A stretch of DNA of 64,000 bases from Rhodothermales bacterium (GTDB taxonomy: Bacteria; Bacteroidota; Rhodothermia; Rhodothermales; VXPQ01): the NCBI GenBank assembly GCA_022821845.1, contig JAJECT010000009.1:10899-74898 (forward strand), in the 5' to 3' direction. The position numbers and the translations under genes are program-made. This document shows positions 60,645 to 64,000 of this stretch, in pieces; the stretch's first letter is position 1; each line of letters opens with the position of its first letter. Below the pieces are notes generated by a model, which did no database searches, had not been told where the DNA came from, and saw only the letters and a program-made list of their open reading frames with translations.

Positions 60645-62357
60645 ATGCGCGTCCCTTGCTTCGTTGTTGCTTCCCTCCTGCTGGCGGCAGGTCTGTGCCC
60701 GTCGCCCGTCCTCGCCCAGTCGTATCGCGGCGCGGCGGGCGTTGCGCGGTCCTTGCAGTCCGGGCAGATCGCCGCCGGGGATATCGTAATCAACGAGGCG
60801 TACCCTCGCCCGCTTGCTTCGGGATCGGAATTCATTGAGCTCTTTAACCGCAGCGCGGTCACGTTCGACCTTCGGGATTTGACGATTCGGGATGCAGCGT
60901 CCGCCCCGCTTCGCCTCGCCGAGGAGGCTTCGCCGTTTCCTCCGGGGGCCTACCGGGTGATCGTGTCGGACGGCGTAGCCTTTTCCAATCGTTTCGGCGG
61001 GGTTCCGTATAGCCAGCCGAGCCGTTGGGCCTCGCTGAATAACGGGGGCGACGCCATCGTGCTCGAATCCGGCGGCGTGGTGATCGATTCGCTTTTTTAT
61101 CCCGGGAGCGTGGTGGAAGAAGGCCGGTCTCTCGAGCGCATCGATCCGGCGGCCCCGTCGGATGCGTACAACTTTGCGCTGTCCACGGACGCGCTTGGGG
61201 CGACGCCGGGCGCCCGAAACAGCCAGTACGCGCCCGACGCGACCGCCCCGGCGCTGGTTTTCGTCAAGGCGTCCGGCGATAACGAACTGATCCTGCATTT
61301 CAGCGAACCGGTCCAGGCGGCGGCCATCCCGCCCGCCTCCATTCGGCTGGAAGCCCTTGCGGCAGAACGCGTTGAGCCGCTTGGCCCGGATGCGCTAAAG
61401 GCATGGTTTCCGCAGGTCGTAACAGGCGCCGTCGTGCGGATCGGGGCGGTATCCGATTTGCGGGGCAATGTTTCGGACCCCCTCGCGGCGCCGATATATT
61501 ATCGTCCCGGGGCGCGGGACCTCGTCGTGAACGAAATCCTGTACGAACCGCTTTCCGACGCGTACGACGGCCTGCCGAACCAGACGGAATTCATCGAATT
61601 GGCCAACCGCTCCGGTCGCCGGGTGTATCTCGACGGCCTGTACCGGACCCGCGACCCGGACGAATCCGGCGACGCCGACACGGTCCGCACGGCAGATCGG
61701 TTTCTGGGACTGGCCCCCGACGGATACGCGCTTTTCGCCGCTGCGCCCATGGAGCACGAAAGCGCCGTCGTAGCCACAGGGAAGGGACTTAGCCTGCGCA
61801 ACGACGGAGATCGCATCCGGATACACGGGGAAGACGGCGAAACGCTGGACGACATACGGTACGACCCTTCGTGGCATCATCCGGACGTTCTGGAGACCCG
61901 AGGCGTTACGCTGGAGCGGATCGACCCGGACGCGAACGGGAACGATCCGCAAAACTGGACGAGTTCGGCGGCCCCGGAAGGCGGAACGCCCGGACGCCCC
62001 AATTCGGCGCGCATCGCCGCTGCGCCTTCGCCCGCCGGGCAAGGCATTCAGATATCCCCGAATCCGTTTTCCCCGGATCGGGACGGCGTGGACGATATCG
62101 CGCGCATCCGGTGCGTTTTTTCTTCCGCCGTTTCGCGGGTCCGCGCGCGGGTGTTCGACCTGGCGGGGAACGAAGTGCGGGAACTGGTCGGGTCCCGCCT
62201 TGTCGCGGAATCGGTAGAATTGTTGTGGGACGGCCGGGACCATGCGGATCGGCGCCTGCCAACCGGCGTATACATTGTTTTTGTCGAGGCCTGGGACGAG
62301 CGGGACCAGGTTATGGAGGCATTCAAGGCCCCCCTCGCGCTTGCGCGCCGCTATTGA
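60645..62357 (+). CDS. Secreted lamin-tail-domain protein with C-terminal FlgD-Ig/T9SS-like sorting domain
   Basis: Signal peptide; two LTD repeats (IVINE..P...EFIELFN and LVVNEILYEP...EFIELAN, each with L.N.GD, LERIDP, TPG..NS); C-terminal PNPFSPD.DG...VFDLAG...WDGRD...G.YIV. Confidence 0.8.
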   Translation: MRVPCFVVASLLLAAGLCPSPVLAQSYRGAAGVARSLQSGQIAAGDIVINEAYPRPLASGSEFIELFNRSAVTFDLRDLTIRDAASAPLRLAEEASPFPPGAYRVIVSDGVAFSNRFGGVPYSQPSRWASLNNGGDAIVLESGGVVIDSLFYPGSVVEEGRSLERIDPAAPSDAYNFALSTDALGATPGARNSQYAPDATAPALVFVKASGDNELILHFSEPVQAAAIPPASIRLEALAAERVEPLGPDALKAWFPQVVTGAVVRIGAVSDLRGNVSDPLAAPIYYRPGARDLVVNEILYEPLSDAYDGLPNQTEFIELANRSGRRVYLDGLYRTRDPDESGDADTVRTADRFLGLAPDGYALFAAAPMEHESAVVATGKGLSLRNDGDRIRIHGEDGETLDDIRYDPSWHHPDVLETRGVTLERIDPDANGNDPQNWTSSAAPEGGTPGRPNSARIAAAPSPAGQGIQISPNPFSPDRDGVDDIARIRCVFSSAVSRVRARVFDLAGNEVRELVGSRLVAESVELLWDGRDHADRRLPTGVYIVFVEAWDERDQVMEAFKAPLALARRY

Positions 62358-62447
62358 CGCCGCGCCTGCGGAACCGCGCCCGCAGGCCGTCGTTCATTTT
62401 ACAGGTCCCCGCTCTTGCATCCAGGTACGTTAAAACACTTTCGGACC

Positions 62448-62825
62448 ATGCCCGCCGACGAGATTGCCGTTCAAACCGGGCCGCGGCCTGCGCCCGCGGC
62501 GCCTATTGCGCTCAGCGACCGCGCTGCGAGGGAAATTCGCAAAATCATGTCCACCCGGGACATCCCCGAAGGATTCAACCTCCGCGTGGGCGTTCGGGGA
62601 GGCGGTTGTTCGGGCATGAGCTACATCCTCGGATTCGACAAAATGCGCGAACACGACGCGACGTTCGACGTAGACGGCGTTACGGTATACATGGACAAGC
62701 GCCATGGATTGTATCTTATGGGAGTAACGGTGGATTACCATGACGGCCTGAACGCGCGTGGCTTCACTTTCGAGAACCCGAATGCGACGCAAACGTGCGG
62801 GTGCGGGTCCAGCTTTGCTGCATAG
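62448..62825 (+). CDS. Iron-sulfur cluster assembly A-type carrier (IscA/ErpA/HesB)
   Basis: LRVGVRGGGCSGMSY, F.NPNA..TCGCGSSF. Confidence 0.95.
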   Translation: MPADEIAVQTGPRPAPAAPIALSDRAAREIRKIMSTRDIPEGFNLRVGVRGGGCSGMSYILGFDKMREHDATFDVDGVTVYMDKRHGLYLMGVTVDYHDGLNARGFTFENPNATQTCGCGSSFAA

Positions 62826-62841
62826 CCTTGCTTTTTATCCT

Positions 62842-64000
62842 ATGGACGGCAATTTTTCCAATCGCGTCAGAGATGTTATCCGGGACAGCCGGGAAGAGGC
62901 GATACGTCTGCGTCACGATTACATCGGTACGGAGCACTTGCTTCTGGGGATTATCTGCGAGGGCGAGGGCATAGCCGTCAGGATCCTCCGCAGCCTCGGC
63001 TGCGATTTGCTCAAGCTCAGAAAGGCGGTCGAAGAGACGGTCCGCGGTACGGGCCGGGTGGTCGAGGTAGGCAATATCCTGTTTACCAAACAAGCCGAAA
63101 AAGTCCTCAAGATTACCTATCTGGAGGCGAAAATATACAAGAGCGACATCATCGGCACGGAGCATCTCTTGCTTAGCCTCCTGCGCGACGAAGAAAACGT
63201 GGCGGCCCGCATTTTGCAACAGGGCTTCTCGATTACGTACGATGCGGTGCGGGCCGAACTGGACGCGATTATCGGCGGAAAAGTACCGGCGACGGGCGGC
63301 GGCCTGGAAGCCCCGCCCCCCGAAGGGCACGGCAAGGAGCGCCGCAAGGTGGAAAAAAGCAAGACCCCGGTGCTGGACAACTTCGGCAGGGACCTGACGC
63401 GGCTGGCCGACGAATCCCGACTGGACCCGATCGTGGGCCGGGAACAGGAAATCGAGCGGGTTGCCCAGGTGCTCAGCCGTCGCAAGAAAAACAACCCCGT
63501 GCTGATTGGCGAGCCGGGCGTGGGCAAGACGGCCATCGCCGAAGGGCTGGCCATACGCATCGTGCAGCGCAAGGTGAGCCGGGTGCTCCACAACAAACGG
63601 ATCGTGACGCTGGATCTGGCGGCGCTGGTCGCCGGCACCAAATACCGGGGGCAGTTCGAGGAGCGGATGAAGGCGGTGATGAACGAACTCGAAAAAAACC
63701 CGGAAGTCATTCTTTTTATCGACGAATTGCACACCATCGTCGGCGCCGGCGGGGCTTCTGGCAGCCTGGACGCTTCGAATATGTTCAAACCGGCGCTTGC
63801 CCGGGGCGAAATTCAATGCATCGGCGCGACGACGCTGGACGAATACCGGCAATATATCGAGAAGGACGGGGCGCTGGATCGCCGATTTCAGAAAATTATC
63901 GTAGACCCCTCCACCGTAGACGAGACGGCGGAAATTCTTCGCAACATCAAGGGGCGCTACGAGGAGCATCACCGCGTCCGGTACTCCGACGAAGCGCTCC
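62842..64000 (+). CDS. clpC: ATP-dependent Clp protease ATP-binding subunit (runs off window end)
   Basis: Not in the ORF track. Manual translation from ATG 62842: [34 protein letters not shown] (Clp-N repeats), [49 protein letters not shown]. Confidence 0.92.
   Translation, partial: MDGNFSNRVRDVIRDSREEAIRLRHDYIGTEHLLLGIICEGEGIAVRILRSLGCDLLKLRKAVEETVRGTGRVVEVGNILFTKQAEKVLKITYLEAKIYKSDIIGTEHLLLSLLRDEENVAARILQQGFSITYDAVRAELDAIIGGKVPATGGGLEAPPPEGHGKERRKVEKSKTPVLDNFGRDLTRLADESRLDPIVGREQEIERVAQVLSRRKKNNPVLIGEPGVGKTAIAEGLAIRIVQRKVSRVLHNKRIVTLDLAALVAGTKYRGQFEERMKAVMNELEKNPEVILFIDELHTIVGAGGASGSLDASNMFKPALARGEIQCIGATTLDEYRQYIEKDGALDRRFQKIIVDPSTVDETAEILRNIKGRYEEHHRVRYSDEAL

Overview
GC-rich bacterial core-genome window with about 49 protein-coding genes and one tRNA. 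Gene order and content (rimP-nusA-infB-rbfA-truB-ribF-rpsO-pnp-M16 peptidase, TonB receptor + DUF4249 lipoprotein, lamin-tail protein with FlgD-Ig/T9SS-like C-terminus, clpC) suggest a Rhodothermia/Bacteroidota-type organism; this taxonomy is inferred. Housekeeping genes include copA (partial), guaB, rluB, scpAB, nadB, prfB with an intact +1 frameshift site, cmk-rpsA-purC, moaDE, hemACD, proBA, pruA, thiE, osmC, tRNA-Leu(TAA) and several peptidases. I saw no CRISPR array, integrase, transposase or defence gene. The most unusual signals are non-coding: (1) a dispersed composite element made of a ~110-bp long hairpin with compensatory stem changes between copies, linked to an AT-rich motif duplicated at an exact 30-bp period at four sites, with an IHF-like site at the fullest locus; (2) an unrelated 258-bp MITE-like element with terminal inverted repeats, plus three remnants; (3) two terminator-like hairpins ahead of rimP-nusA. 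The main coding oddity is a single-ORF fusion of the methylmalonyl-CoA mutase small and large subunits. Product calls come from recognised motifs, not database searches, and many starts were moved from the ORF track to more plausible codons.
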